From: Erysipelotrichaceae bacterium
Lineage (GTDB): Bacteria > Bacillota_I > Bacilli_A > Erysipelotrichales > Erysipelotrichaceae
DNA: 32,000 nucleotides
Reading direction: 5' to 3'
NCBI GenBank assembly: GCA_963663995.1
Contig: OY760660.1
Coordinates: forward strand, 1,410,001-1,442,000
The notes below the pieces were generated by a model. That model did no database searches. It saw only the letters and a program-made list of their open reading frames with translations, and had not been told where the DNA came from. Shown here piece by piece: positions 1 to 8,766 of the stretch. Each line of letters starts with the position of its first letter. Positions within the stretch are counted from its first letter, which is position 1. The position numbers and the translations under genes are program-made.

Positions 1-20
1 TGTCAATTAATGTTCTATTA

Positions 21-41
21 ATAAAGGGCTAAGCCCTTTAT
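21..41. terminator. Hairpin ataaagggc-taa-gccctttat; possible bidirectional intrinsic terminator
   Basis: Perfect 9-bp inverted repeat with a 3-nt loop, read directly. A/T runs flank it on both sides. It lies about 150 nt downstream of the minus-strand gene ending at 196. Confidence 0.45.
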
Positions 42-195
42 TGTTAAACGATAAACCTAACACTCATTTCATATAGAATGGTGCTAGCTTCAATGTTCCC
101 CATAAGCATAGAGCTTTCACTTATTTATTTAAACTGTATCGTTTTAATGTCCTAATATTATCCCCATTAATATATTTGTAATAATAACATTTTTA

Positions 196-1287
196 TTAAA
201 TAAAGTATTCTTTTTGTTTGTAACGAAGTGTTTCCTCATTCAAATTTTGTGCAATCGTATCACTATTTTCAATACATAATGCCGCTGCACTAAGCGCTAA
301 TTGAACACTCTCTTTTAAACTGCAATTATTTACTCTTGCATAGACTAAGGCAGAAATAAATGCATCACCTGAGCCCGTTGTATTCTTAATCTTTACAGCT
401 GGATTCATAAAAAAGTTAGCTTCATTTTCAGTAGAAGCATAAACACCTTTTGATCCTAGAGATATAAAAACATTCTTTACCCCTAATTCGTGCAATTTAT
501 GTGCTGCCATTTTGATATCATCATCATTTTTTATTTTTATACCTGTTAAAATCTGTGCTTCTAATTGATTAGGTTTCAAAGTGTCTACTTTGTTTAAGAT
601 ATTTACAAGTTTCAATGCTTTAGTACTTGAAACTGTATCAATAAATATAGGCGCTTGAGTATATGAACATACTTCTGCGATAACATCCTCTTTTAAGTTT
701 GCATCCATAACAATTATTTGAGCGGATTGTATGATTGCTTTTTTTGTTTTAATAAAGTCTAAATCAATATAATCAACACTTTTCATTGAATTTATCGCTA
801 CATTCATATCATGGTTTTGATCAAGAACTGCTAAATAAACTGATGTCATTTGATCTTTTATGATAAGTGAGTCTGCCATATTTAAACCAATCGATAATGA
901 ATGATCTAGTATCTTCTTTCCAAAAACATCATCACCCAAAGCTGAAATTAGTTTTGTATTCAATCCTAACTTTGTACAGTTTTCAGCAATATTTCTCCCA
1001 ACCCCACCTAGTGATAGTTCAATTGAACCAATATTAGAGTCGCGTGCTATTAATTTATTATCAGGGATTCCGGTTATATCGATATTACTCGCACCAATGA
1101 CTAAGATATAGGGTTCTTCATTAAGAATATAACCTTTCCCTAAGATTAAGCCTTTTTTCATTAGATTAGTGATATGCACTGCTACACTTGAACGCGCTAG
1201 ATTTAATCGTAGTGCTAAATCATTTTGTGAAATACTAGGTTCTGCTTTGATAATCTCTAATATCTCTTTTTCTCTATTACTTATCAT
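196..1287 (-). CDS. Winged-helix HTH domain fused to a PfkB-family carbohydrate kinase (YeiI/pseudouridine-kinase-like architecture)
   Basis: 363-aa ORF. The N-terminus (EKEILEIIKAEPSISQNDLALRLNLARSSVAVHITNLMKKGLI) looks like a MarR/DeoR-type wHTH. The rest carries PfkB motifs (GGVGRNIAE; C-terminal TTGSGDAF). An SD-like gagg lies 9 nt upstream of the ATG. Confidence 0.8.
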   Translation of the reverse strand: MISNREKEILEIIKAEPSISQNDLALRLNLARSSVAVHITNLMKKGLILGKGYILNEEPYILVIGASNIDITGIPDNKLIARDSNIGSIELSLGGVGRNIAENCTKLGLNTKLISALGDDVFGKKILDHSLSIGLNMADSLIIKDQMTSVYLAVLDQNHDMNVAINSMKSVDYIDLDFIKTKKAIIQSAQIIVMDANLKEDVIAEVCSYTQAPIFIDTVSSTKALKLVNILNKVDTLKPNQLEAQILTGIKIKNDDDIKMAAHKLHELGVKNVFISLGSKGVYASTENEANFFMNPAVKIKNTTGSGDAFISALVYARVNNCSLKESVQLALSAAALCIENSDTIAQNLNEETLRYKQKEYFI

Positions 1288-1352
1288 TTTGTTTAGCCTC
1301 TAAACATTTCTTTATTTCAAGTGTAATGAAAAAAATATTGAATCTCAATCGT

Positions 1353-1979
1353 TTAATAGGGAATATTTTCTATTTCTGCACTTGCTCTCCAGAAATAGAA
1401 GGACGCAGCTGATAAATGAGGGCTTAAACGCTTTTTAATTTTATTAAAGAAAGCGGGGGTAATTTCCTTTTTATGATAGATGCGCATCATGCCTCTTAAG
1501 ATAGCTAAATCACCATAACTCAAAATGTCTTCCTTCTCCAAAGTGAAGATCAACAACATTTCCACTGTCCATCTTCCTACCCCTTTAATCGGTAGTAGAA
1601 AATTACTAATCTCTTCAGAACTGTATTGATGTAAGTCATCAAATGGTACAGAACCATCGATTTTGGCTTGAGCGATATTCTTCAAATAGGAACTTTTAGA
1701 ATTTGACATCCCACACGCTCTGATATCATCAATCGAAGCATCTAGTATCTTTTGTGGATCACCTTTTTCAAAGGCACTGAAGAAACGATCAGAGATTGAT
1801 TGAGCAGCTTTGGTGCTCACTTGTTGAGAAATAATACAATCTAAACAAGCAAGATAAGGATCTTCAATACCTGTTCGTGATAGAGGACCCATTTTTTGAA
1901 TAAAGGACCCCAAAATGGGATCCTTTTGGATAAGTTCATTCATAGCCTTTTCACTTACCGTGATTTGAAAGGTTTTCAT
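1353..1979 (-). CDS. HhH-GPD superfamily DNA glycosylase (DNA-3-methyladenine glycosylase II / AlkA-like, short form)
   Basis: 208-aa ORF with a helix-hairpin-helix motif (LLPIKGVGRWTVEMLLIF) and a downstream Asp. Its ATG overlaps the metG stop (ATGA at 1976-1979), suggesting translational coupling. Confidence 0.75.
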   Translation of the reverse strand: MKTFQITVSEKAMNELIQKDPILGSFIQKMGPLSRTGIEDPYLACLDCIISQQVSTKAAQSISDRFFSAFEKGDPQKILDASIDDIRACGMSNSKSSYLKNIAQAKIDGSVPFDDLHQYSSEEISNFLLPIKGVGRWTVEMLLIFTLEKEDILSYGDLAILRGMMRIYHKKEITPAFFNKIKKRLSPHLSAASFYFWRASAEIENIPY

Positions 1980-3886
1980 CGAATTGTTGAACCTGATTGT
2001 GATTTTACAAGATTTAACAATTCAAATTCTTTACCATCTTCTGCCACCAACAACATACCTTCAGAGACGATTCCTCTTAATTTTGCAGGTTTTAGATTAA
2101 CCACTACAACCACTTTTTTACCAATTAAATCGCTTGGTTTATATTGTGGACGTAAACCTGAAACAATTGTACGTACTTCTGGTCCAACTTGTACTTTTGA
2201 GACTAAAAGTTTATCTGAATCTGGATGTTCTTCACATTCTAAAACTTCACCGACACGTAAATCAACTTTCGCGAAGTCTTCAATCCCAATTTCTTCTTTA
2301 GTTTCTAGTTTAGCTGGAGCTGGATTAAGTTTTTCCATGACTTCATTAGGATCTAAACGAGCAAATAGAATGCTTGGTTTTTCTGTCACTTTTGTATCTT
2401 CTAACGTTCCAAATTTCTCTAAAGAAGCAAAGTCTCTATTTACTGTATTGATTTGGTCTAAGATTGATTTTGCTGTATCTGGTAAATATGCTTCTAATAA
2501 GACAGCTCCAAATCGAATAGACTCAAGTAAATTAAATAAAACATCATTTAAACGTTCTAAACTTGCTTCATCTTTAGCGAGTTTCCAAGGTTCAGTTTCA
2601 TCAATATATTTATTACTACGTTTGAAAACATCAAAGATATGATCAAGTGCTGCCTGTACTTTGAGGTGTTCCATCGAATCTTTAACTTTTTTTGGTGTTT
2701 CACTAACAAGTTTGATAAGAGGCTCGTCTAATGCTTCAACTTTAGTAGCTTTCTTAATCAATCCACCAAAATATTTATTCGTCATAGATAAAGTACGATT
2801 AACTAAGTTCCCCATTACATTCGCAAGATCACTGTTGATTCTTTCAACCATAATGTCATAAGTAAGGGTACCATCTTGGGCAAAAGGCATTTCGTGTAAC
2901 ATTAAGTAACGAACAGCATCTACACCAAAGAGTTTGACTAAATCATCTGAATAAATCACATTCCCTTTTGATTTAGACATCTTCCCTTCACCAACAAGTA
3001 GCCAAGGATGACCAAAGACTTGTTTTGGTAGAGGTACATCTAGTGCCATTAACATAATTGGCCAATAGATCGTATGAAAACGTAAGATATCTTTCCCAAT
3101 TAGGTGTAAGTTAGCTGGCCAAAAATCTTTAAAACGTTGTTCATGATTTCCATCGACATCAAAGCCTAAACCTGTAATATAGTTTGAGAGTGCATCAATC
3201 CAGACATAAACCACATGTCCTTCATCAAATGTTACTGGTATCCCCCATTTAAAGGATGTTCGAGAAACACATAAATCTAAAAGACCTGGTTTAATGAAGT
3301 TATTAATCATTTCATTCTTTCGTGATTCTGGTTGAATGAATTCTGGATGATCTTCAATGTGTTTGACTAAGCGATCAGCGTAATTAGATAATTTAAAGAA
3401 ATAAGATTCCTCTTTAGCATGTTCGACAGGTCCACCACAATCAGGACACTGGCCATCAACTAACTGTGTCTCAGTATAAAATGATTCGCATGCTTTACAA
3501 TAAAGACCCTCATAAACATCCTTATAGATATCACCTTGTTCATAAAGTTTCTTAAAGATTTTTTGAACTTGTAATTCATGATAAGGATCTGTTGTACGTA
3601 TGAACTTATCATAAGATGTGTTCATATCGTCAAATAAACCTTTTATCACAGAGGCTACTTCATCCACAAAAACTTGAGGTGTTTTATTGGCGGCTTTTGC
3701 CTTATCTTCAATCTTTTGTCCATGCTCATCAGTCCCAGTCATAAAGAATACATTATAGCCTTCATTTCGTCGGTAACGGGCAATCGCGTCTGCTAAGACA
3801 ATCTCATAAATATTCCCAATATGAGGTTTCCCAGAAGTATAAGCAATTGCAGTAGTGATGTAATAGTTGTTTGTTGGTTTTGTCAT
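1976..3886 (-). CDS. metG: Methionyl-tRNA synthetase with C-terminal tRNA-binding (EMAP/Trbp111-like) domain
   Basis: 636-aa ORF with the class I HIGH motif (KPHIGNIYE), KMSKS (GKMSKSKGN), a CxxC...CxxC zinc knuckle, and a C-terminal OB-fold tail (DLRVGEV...KPAKLRGIVSEGML). SD aggag upstream; preceded by a T-box leader. Confidence 0.97.
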   Translation of the reverse strand: MTKPTNNYYITTAIAYTSGKPHIGNIYEIVLADAIARYRRNEGYNVFFMTGTDEHGQKIEDKAKAANKTPQVFVDEVASVIKGLFDDMNTSYDKFIRTTDPYHELQVQKIFKKLYEQGDIYKDVYEGLYCKACESFYTETQLVDGQCPDCGGPVEHAKEESYFFKLSNYADRLVKHIEDHPEFIQPESRKNEMINNFIKPGLLDLCVSRTSFKWGIPVTFDEGHVVYVWIDALSNYITGLGFDVDGNHEQRFKDFWPANLHLIGKDILRFHTIYWPIMLMALDVPLPKQVFGHPWLLVGEGKMSKSKGNVIYSDDLVKLFGVDAVRYLMLHEMPFAQDGTLTYDIMVERINSDLANVMGNLVNRTLSMTNKYFGGLIKKATKVEALDEPLIKLVSETPKKVKDSMEHLKVQAALDHIFDVFKRSNKYIDETEPWKLAKDEASLERLNDVLFNLLESIRFGAVLLEAYLPDTAKSILDQINTVNRDFASLEKFGTLEDTKVTEKPSILFARLDPNEVMEKLNPAPAKLETKEEIGIEDFAKVDLRVGEVLECEEHPDSDKLLVSKVQVGPEVRTIVSGLRPQYKPSDLIGKKVVVVVNLKPAKLRGIVSEGMLLVAEDGKEFELLNLVKSQSGSTIR

Positions 3887-3901
3887 AAGTTTATCTCCTA
3901 C

Positions 3902-4110
3902 AAAAATAAAAGCGCCCTCTAAGGACGCTTATGCGTGGTACCACCTTAGTTCAGTCAAATAGACTGCACTCTGTTTGTCGTATCGTGACATCTACGTGCG
4001 AATAAATGTTTAGCGCATTTTCGTTTCTTTCTTTAACGTAAACTCTCAGCCTTTGTTTACTCTCTGATGGATAAAGATCATAGAAACTACTTCATCTAAA
4101 CTTCGCTTGT
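3902..4110 (-). promoter_or_regulatory. T-box riboswitch leader of metG (Met-specific, inferred)
   Basis: Minus-strand reading shows stem-I motifs (cAGAGAG ... GGCTGAGAGT) and the T-box core AACTAAGGTGGTACCACGC (ggtaccacc at 3937-3945 on the plus strand). The antiterminator is AAGG/CCTT plus ACGC/GCGT with a UGGUACC bulge. A competing terminator (aagcgtcc-ttaga-gggcgctt plus a T-run, 3902-3930) follows. The candidate specifier is AUG at 4018-4016, in a GAA-A-AUG context. Confidence 0.85.
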
Positions 4111-4116
4111 GCATCT

Positions 4117-4146
4117 ATTATATGTTGAAACTTCTTGCCAATTCAA
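4117..4146 (-). promoter_or_regulatory. Putative sigma-A promoter of the metG T-box leader
   Basis: Minus strand reads TTGAAT (4146-4141), an 18-nt spacer, then TATAAT (4122-4117), placed just upstream of the leader. Confidence 0.5.
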
Positions 4147-4204
4147 CTCATAAAACTTTCTTTTACTTTTTTTAGTGTTATTATTATTTGGCTTGGAGGG
4201 TTTT

Positions 4205-4846
4205 ATGAATCTATTTAAACGTTCATTATTTGTCTTAATCGGTGTTATTTTAGTTTCTTTTGGCGCAAGTCTAACACTAAAAGCAGCCGTTGGAGTCGGT
4301 GCTTGGGATGCTGTATCACAATCTGTTTCTTTATTAACAGGCATTAAAGTAGGTACCTTTGCGATGTTTTTAAACGGTTCTTGTGTGGTTGGTCAATTAC
4401 TTGTTCTTCACAAGAATTTTAATATTTCACGTGTACTACAAATTGGAGTAGCGATTTTACTTGGTGTATTCGTTAATTTCTTCTATTATGATTTATTTGG
4501 ATCGCTTGTATTAGATACCTATTGGATACGATTAGTCACATTTATTATCGCCATCATTATCCTATCATTTGCAGTTGCGGCTGTTATGGTTATTGATGTG
4601 GTTACTTTCCCACTAGAAGCACTATGTATGGTTGTCGCTAATAAAACGGGATGGAATTTCAGTAAGCTTAGACAATGGGTCGATATCATTTCAATCATCT
4701 TTTCATTAGGTGTTACTTTCTTATTAACTCAACCCTTGGTTGTTCGTGAAGGAACAGTTATTGGGATGTTGTTGTTTGGACCACTCCTTGGTTTCTTCAT
4801 GCATAAAGTTGAACCAGCCTTTAAACGCTTAAATCTTACAAAATAA
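4205..4846 (+). CDS. YczE/YitT-like polytopic integral membrane protein, unknown function
   Basis: Hydrophobic ORF with multiple predicted TM helices and the family-like segment SFGASLTLKAAVGVGAWDAVSQS. I place the start at ATG 4205 (MNLFKRS), 5-10 nt after the SD ggaggg, rather than at the track start 4175. Confidence 0.6.
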   Translation: MNLFKRSLFVLIGVILVSFGASLTLKAAVGVGAWDAVSQSVSLLTGIKVGTFAMFLNGSCVVGQLLVLHKNFNISRVLQIGVAILLGVFVNFFYYDLFGSLVLDTYWIRLVTFIIAIIILSFAVAAVMVIDVVTFPLEALCMVVANKTGWNFSKLRQWVDIISIIFSLGVTFLLTQPLVVREGTVIGMLLFGPLLGFFMHKVEPAFKRLNLTK

Positions 4847-4850
4847 ACAA

Positions 4851-4874
4851 AGAGCCATTACGATGGCTCTTTTT
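4851..4874. terminator. Bidirectional intrinsic terminator between the YczE-like gene and rsmI
   Basis: Hairpin agagccat-tacg-atggctct is followed by ttttt on the plus strand and preceded by an A-rich run, so it can serve both convergent genes. The rsmI stop codon sits in and next to the loop. Confidence 0.7.
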
Positions 4875-5715
4875 GATGGTATTGTTGATAAATTTCATTT
4901 TTAGAAAATCCTGTGAGTTTAGAAATTTCTTTAATCGCTTCTGAAGCGCTGATACCTTGGTTAATTCGACTTTGAATGAGTGCATTCACTTCAGAAAGAT
5001 CTATCACTTTCTCTCTATCACTTTCATGGCCTTCAATGATAAGAACCATTTCTCCCTTTAATTCATCGACTACTTCAATAAGTTCACTGATGGTTCCGCG
5101 AATAAACTCTTCATGAAGTTTAGTCAGTTCTCGTGCTAAGACAGCTTGTCGATTGCCAAAGATACTTTCCAACTTCTGTAGGGTTTTTTTCATGCGATGT
5201 GGCGCTTCATAGATGATGAGTGTTGTCGCATATGATTTATATTGTTCACATTCTAATCTAAAAGCTTTGTCTTGGGTTGGAAGAAATCCAACAAAAGTAT
5301 ATGGTTGAACTTTTAAACCAGAAGCAATAAGGGCTGCAAGTCCTGCATTATTAATGCCGATAGGTACAACATTATAACCAGCTTGAATCACTGTTTGAGT
5401 AAGCAATAATCCTGGATCGCTGACTAAAGGTAATCCCGCATCTGATACTAAGGCTACATTTTGACCACAAGATAGCAACTTTAAAATACCTTCTGCACTA
5501 TTTTTTTCATTGTGCATATGATGGGAAATTAACTTTGTTGAAATATTGAAATGATTCATTAGTCTTTGTGTGTTTCGTGTATCTTCCGCTGCAATCACTG
5601 AAACAGACTTTAAAATTTCCACACAACGTGGTGAAAATTCTTCTAAGTTCCCAATTGGAGTACTGACAAGATATAGGGTTACTAAATCATTCTGAAAGCT
5701 CTTTTGACGTTTCAT
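4858..5715 (-). CDS. rsmI: 16S rRNA (cytidine1402-2'-O)-methyltransferase
   Basis: 285-aa ORF. The N-terminal TLYLVSTPIGNLEEFSPR and the tetrapyrrole-methylase-like fold motifs (ALVSDAGLPLVSDPG) are typical of RsmI/YabC. Its position after yaaT matches the B. subtilis order. Confidence 0.9.
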   Translation of the reverse strand: MKRQKSFQNDLVTLYLVSTPIGNLEEFSPRCVEILKSVSVIAAEDTRNTQRLMNHFNISTKLISHHMHNEKNSAEGILKLLSCGQNVALVSDAGLPLVSDPGLLLTQTVIQAGYNVVPIGINNAGLAALIASGLKVQPYTFVGFLPTQDKAFRLECEQYKSYATTLIIYEAPHRMKKTLQKLESIFGNRQAVLARELTKLHEEFIRGTISELIEVVDELKGEMVLIIEGHESDREKVIDLSEVNALIQSRINQGISASEAIKEISKLTGFSKNEIYQQYHQKEPS

Positions 5716-6550
5716 TTTTCTTCATTTCTTTTTTATAATCTTTGAACGCTTCATCAAAAGGTAAGAAATGGACTTCATCTCTGTTTTCAAGTTTTGCGAG
5801 TTTAGATAGAACATTTAACCCTGTGACTCTAAAGCGATTTCCATTGTAATTAATTTGTGAGTTAATCTTAGGACAACCTTTTTTCAACTCTTTATATTCT
5901 TCATTTTCATACTTTAAGCAACACATTAGCTTTCCACATTGTCCTGAAAGCTTAGGAATATTTAAAGCTAACAATTGGTTTTTAGCCATATTGATAGATA
6001 TGACATCAAAGCCATTTAAAAACTTAGAACAGCAAGTTTCACGACCACATTGACCAATGCCACCTACCATCTTTGCTTTATCCCTAGGACCAATTTGTCT
6101 TAGTTCAATCCGTGTATGTAAAGCTGATGCTAATTCTTTAACGAGTTCTCTAAAATCAACCCGTTCATCTGAAACATATACAATCACAATCTTCGAACGA
6201 TCTAAGGTGTAATCTGCACTGATTAATTTCATGTCTAAATTTAGTTTTTTAACTAAATCAGCACATGTTTTTAAACCTTCTACCGCATCTCCGATATTTT
6301 TATCAAATGACTCTAAATCATATTTGGATGCTAGTCGTATGATTGGTTTTAACTCGCCAATGATTTTCTCATCTTCGAAGTTTTTAGCCTCACTGACTGC
6401 ATAACCCAATTCAATGCCGCGTGCCGTTTCCACAACCAACGCATCATTCACTTTAAAATCTTTGGAATTTGTCCCAAAGGTATAAGCTTTATGATTCCCT
6501 GCAAATTTTACAGAGTAGAGATATTGATAAGCATTTGAGTGCTCACTCAT
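5687..6550 (-). CDS. ricT: PSP1-domain protein YaaT/RicT
   Basis: 287-aa ORF with the cysteine-rich PSP1 signature (GQCGRETCCSKFL ... GQCGKLMCCLKYE). It overlaps the holB stop (ATGA) and follows holB, as in Bacillus. Confidence 0.9.
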   Translation of the reverse strand: MSEHSNAYQYLYSVKFAGNHKAYTFGTNSKDFKVNDALVVETARGIELGYAVSEAKNFEDEKIIGELKPIIRLASKYDLESFDKNIGDAVEGLKTCADLVKKLNLDMKLISADYTLDRSKIVIVYVSDERVDFRELVKELASALHTRIELRQIGPRDKAKMVGGIGQCGRETCCSKFLNGFDVISINMAKNQLLALNIPKLSGQCGKLMCCLKYENEEYKELKKGCPKINSQINYNGNRFRVTGLNVLSKLAKLENRDEVHFLPFDEAFKDYKKEMKKNETSKELSE

Positions 6551-7530
6551 GCTTTATCCTCCTTTAGTTTATAAATCAATGCGTCAATGACTAATGACAA
6601 ATTCGCATTGCTAGTTATCTTATGTACACTATCATTAAAAAGCGTAAAAGCTTTCAAGGTATCTAAAGATTTAGGTAATTGTTCAACCCTTTTCTTCCAT
6701 ATTGGAGAATCTGGTTCATAGTGAAACAATACGTCCTTAAAAAACATCATACCGATGTTTAAAAAGAGTGTCAAACGAGCTCGATCTTGAGCCGGACTAG
6801 ATTTCTTCTTTAAGATGTGACTTTGAACAAATAATTCACCTAAAGTTTGTGATCTTGAATACTCATCAATGAATGATCCAAAGAGATTGATATTGTGTCT
6901 AGTCTCATCATCGTTAAACAAAGACATCATCTCATCTTTATCATTAACCATTTGTGAAATTAAGTTAACTTCATATGCATCAATATTTACTTGTGGAATT
7001 TCTTTAAGTAAATCTTGTCGATTTTGTGCTCTAAATGTTAAAACCTGACAACGAGAAACAATTGTTTCGAGTAATCGTTCTGGATGATGACTAATCAATA
7101 TCGCATAAGTAGAATCACCACTAGGTTCTTCCAAGAACTTAAGCAAACTATTTAATGCTCCAATAGACGCATTATCAACTTCATTTAGTATATAAAACTT
7201 TTTACCTGTTTTCTCTAATGCTGTTTTCGCAAACTGTTCTTGTAGTTTTAAAATGTCTTCTTTCTTAATGGAAGCATCACTACCATTAACCACAATTAAA
7301 TCATTAAATGTTTCTTCATCAATTCTGCGACACAATTCACATTCTTCACAGGCATAGGGATTTGCATGTTCACAGACTTGATTTTTAACCATCCACTTCG
7401 CTGTTTCTAACATGTGAGATCCGCGTGGTCCAACAAAAAGATACGCATGTGTTGAATGATCCATATTCAACGCATTCTCGATTACTTTAGAAACAATCGG
7501 TTGATGTTCTTCTAAATATACATTAAACAT
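6547..7530 (-). CDS. holB: DNA polymerase III delta' subunit
   Basis: 327-aa ORF with an AAA+ clamp-loader-like N-terminus (HAYLFVGPRGS), a zinc module (CEHANPYACEECELC), and the SRC motif (IVSRCQVL). Synteny tmk-holB-yaaT. Confidence 0.9.
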   Translation of the reverse strand: MFNVYLEEHQPIVSKVIENALNMDHSTHAYLFVGPRGSHMLETAKWMVKNQVCEHANPYACEECELCRRIDEETFNDLIVVNGSDASIKKEDILKLQEQFAKTALEKTGKKFYILNEVDNASIGALNSLLKFLEEPSGDSTYAILISHHPERLLETIVSRCQVLTFRAQNRQDLLKEIPQVNIDAYEVNLISQMVNDKDEMMSLFNDDETRHNINLFGSFIDEYSRSQTLGELFVQSHILKKKSSPAQDRARLTLFLNIGMMFFKDVLFHYEPDSPIWKKRVEQLPKSLDTLKAFTLFNDSVHKITSNANLSLVIDALIYKLKEDKA

Positions 7531-8155
7531 TTTCTTTAACCTTTTCTAGAATAATATTTAATGCTTTTTCTCTCACAGCCTCTAATGATTCACTCGCATC
7601 CACTTTTACAATTCGCGCTTTAAACATGTCATTTACGATACGATAACCTTCAACGACTTGATTATGAAAAGATAAATCTTCTTGGTCTAAACGATCTAGA
7701 AAATTTCTATGTTTAATTCGTTTTAATCCCTCTTCAGCATCAATATCAAAATAAAGGGTTAAATCTGGATATAAACCTTCAATCGCAAATTCATTAATTT
7801 TCAAGACTTCATCTATTCCTATCTTTCGCGCATAGCCTTGATACGCTAAAGATGAGTCTAGAAAACGATCGCAAATAACAAGTTTATTTTCATTTAATGC
7901 AGGTCTTACTCTTTCAATTAAATGTTGTCTGCGAGATGCGGCATATAAAAGCGCTTCAGTACGCACATCCATCTTTGTATTTTTTGGGTCAAGGATGACT
8001 TGTCTTATTTCTTCAGCTATTTCGATTCCACCAGGTTCACGTGTATGTACGACATCATAGCCTCTTAAGAGTAATTCATTAACCACATAAGTTGAAACAC
8101 TTGTCTTACCAGATCCCTCTGGTCCTTCAAGTGTGATAAATAGTCCTTTTTTCAT
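7523..8155 (-). CDS. tmk: Thymidylate kinase
   Basis: 210-aa ORF with P-loop LEGPEGSGKTS, DRF(L)DSSLAYQG and a LID region. It overlaps the holB start by 8 nt. Confidence 0.95.
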   Translation of the reverse strand: MKKGLFITLEGPEGSGKTSVSTYVVNELLLRGYDVVHTREPGGIEIAEEIRQVILDPKNTKMDVRTEALLYAASRRQHLIERVRPALNENKLVICDRFLDSSLAYQGYARKIGIDEVLKINEFAIEGLYPDLTLYFDIDAEEGLKRIKHRNFLDRLDQEDLSFHNQVVEGYRIVNDMFKARIVKVDASESLEAVREKALNIILEKVKENV

Positions 8156-8163
8156 GTGCTTTT

Positions 8164-8169
8164 ATTATA
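8164..8169 (-). promoter_or_regulatory. -10-like TATAAT 8 nt upstream of the tmk ATG (possible leaderless or very short leader)
   Basis: Minus strand reads ggTATAATaaaagcacATG. There is no purine-rich SD between the hexamer and the ATG, and no convincing -35. Confidence 0.35.
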
Positions 8170-8211
8170 CCTTATATGCACCTGTTTTTAGACTTTCATT
8201 TCAACAAGGTA

Positions 8212-8220
8212 TGCTATACT
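8212..8220 (+). promoter_or_regulatory. Extended -10 (TGcTATACT) 6 nt upstream of the NUDIX gene ATG
   Basis: Plus strand reads ggtaTGcTATACTtttttcATG. There is no SD. The geometry fits a leaderless transcript. Confidence 0.4.
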
Positions 8221-8226
8221 TTTTTC

Positions 8227-8766
8227 ATGAAACTAACTGAAAAAACTCTTTCTAGTGAATTAAAATTTGAAGGTCGAATTGTTAAATTAGTACACGATAA
8301 AATTGAACTACCCGATGGTAGAGAATCAATGCGTGAAGTGGTTAAACATCCTGGTGGTGTTTGTATTGCTTGTGAAAAAGAAGATGGTGAACTTATCTTA
8401 GTTCAACAATTTAGATATCCTTTTAAGGAGGAAATCATTGAGTTTCCAGCAGGAAAACTTGAACCTGGTGAGGATCCACTCGAAGCTGCTTTAAGAGAAC
8501 TCATAGAAGAAGTTGGCTATAAGGCAGATGAAGTTATTCCTTTAGGAAAATTCTATCCATCAGTGGGTTATCTTACTGAAATTATTTACCTTTACTATGT
8601 TCCTAAAGCACACTTTGTTGGCCAACATTTAGATGATCAAGAATTCTTAAATGTACTTTCTTATCCCTTAAGTCAACTTAATGAATTAATTCAAAACGAT
8701 ATTATTAATGATGGTAAAACCATTGCCTTAGTCCATAAATTAGAAAAATATAAGGAGTCCAAATGA
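8227..8766 (+). CDS. NUDIX hydrolase, ADP-ribose pyrophosphatase-like
   Basis: Nudix box GKLEPGEDPLEAALRELIEEVGY. The N-terminus LSSELKFEGRIVKLVHDKIELPDG is typical of NudF/YqkG-type enzymes. I place the start at ATG 8227 (MKLTEKT) rather than the track start 8176. Confidence 0.8.
   Translation: MKLTEKTLSSELKFEGRIVKLVHDKIELPDGRESMREVVKHPGGVCIACEKEDGELILVQQFRYPFKEEIIEFPAGKLEPGEDPLEAALRELIEEVGYKADEVIPLGKFYPSVGYLTEIIYLYYVPKAHFVGQHLDDQEFLNVLSYPLSQLNELIQNDIINDGKTIALVHKLEKYKESK

Noticed and set aside
43-195. About 150 nt of non-coding sequence between the HTH-PfkB gene stop and the hairpin at 21-41, examined for a small RNA or tRNA
   Set aside because: I recognised no promoter-and-terminator pair, cloverleaf or conserved riboswitch motif there. 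It is probably just a 3' UTR or spacer.
1896-2642. A 248-aa plus-strand ORF antisense to metG and the glycosylase gene
   Set aside because: Its product is Ser/Thr/Lys-rich and low in complexity, with no recognisable motif. It lies entirely opposite two well-supported genes. It is a typical shadow ORF in AT-rich DNA where the sense strand is rich in Lys and Glu codons.
4096-4344. An 82-aa minus-strand ORF spanning the metG promoter and T-box 5' region and the start of the YczE-like gene
   Set aside because: It overlaps a regulatory RNA leader and a promoter. It has no SD and a low-complexity Asn/Lys/Thr composition, so it is probably not coding.
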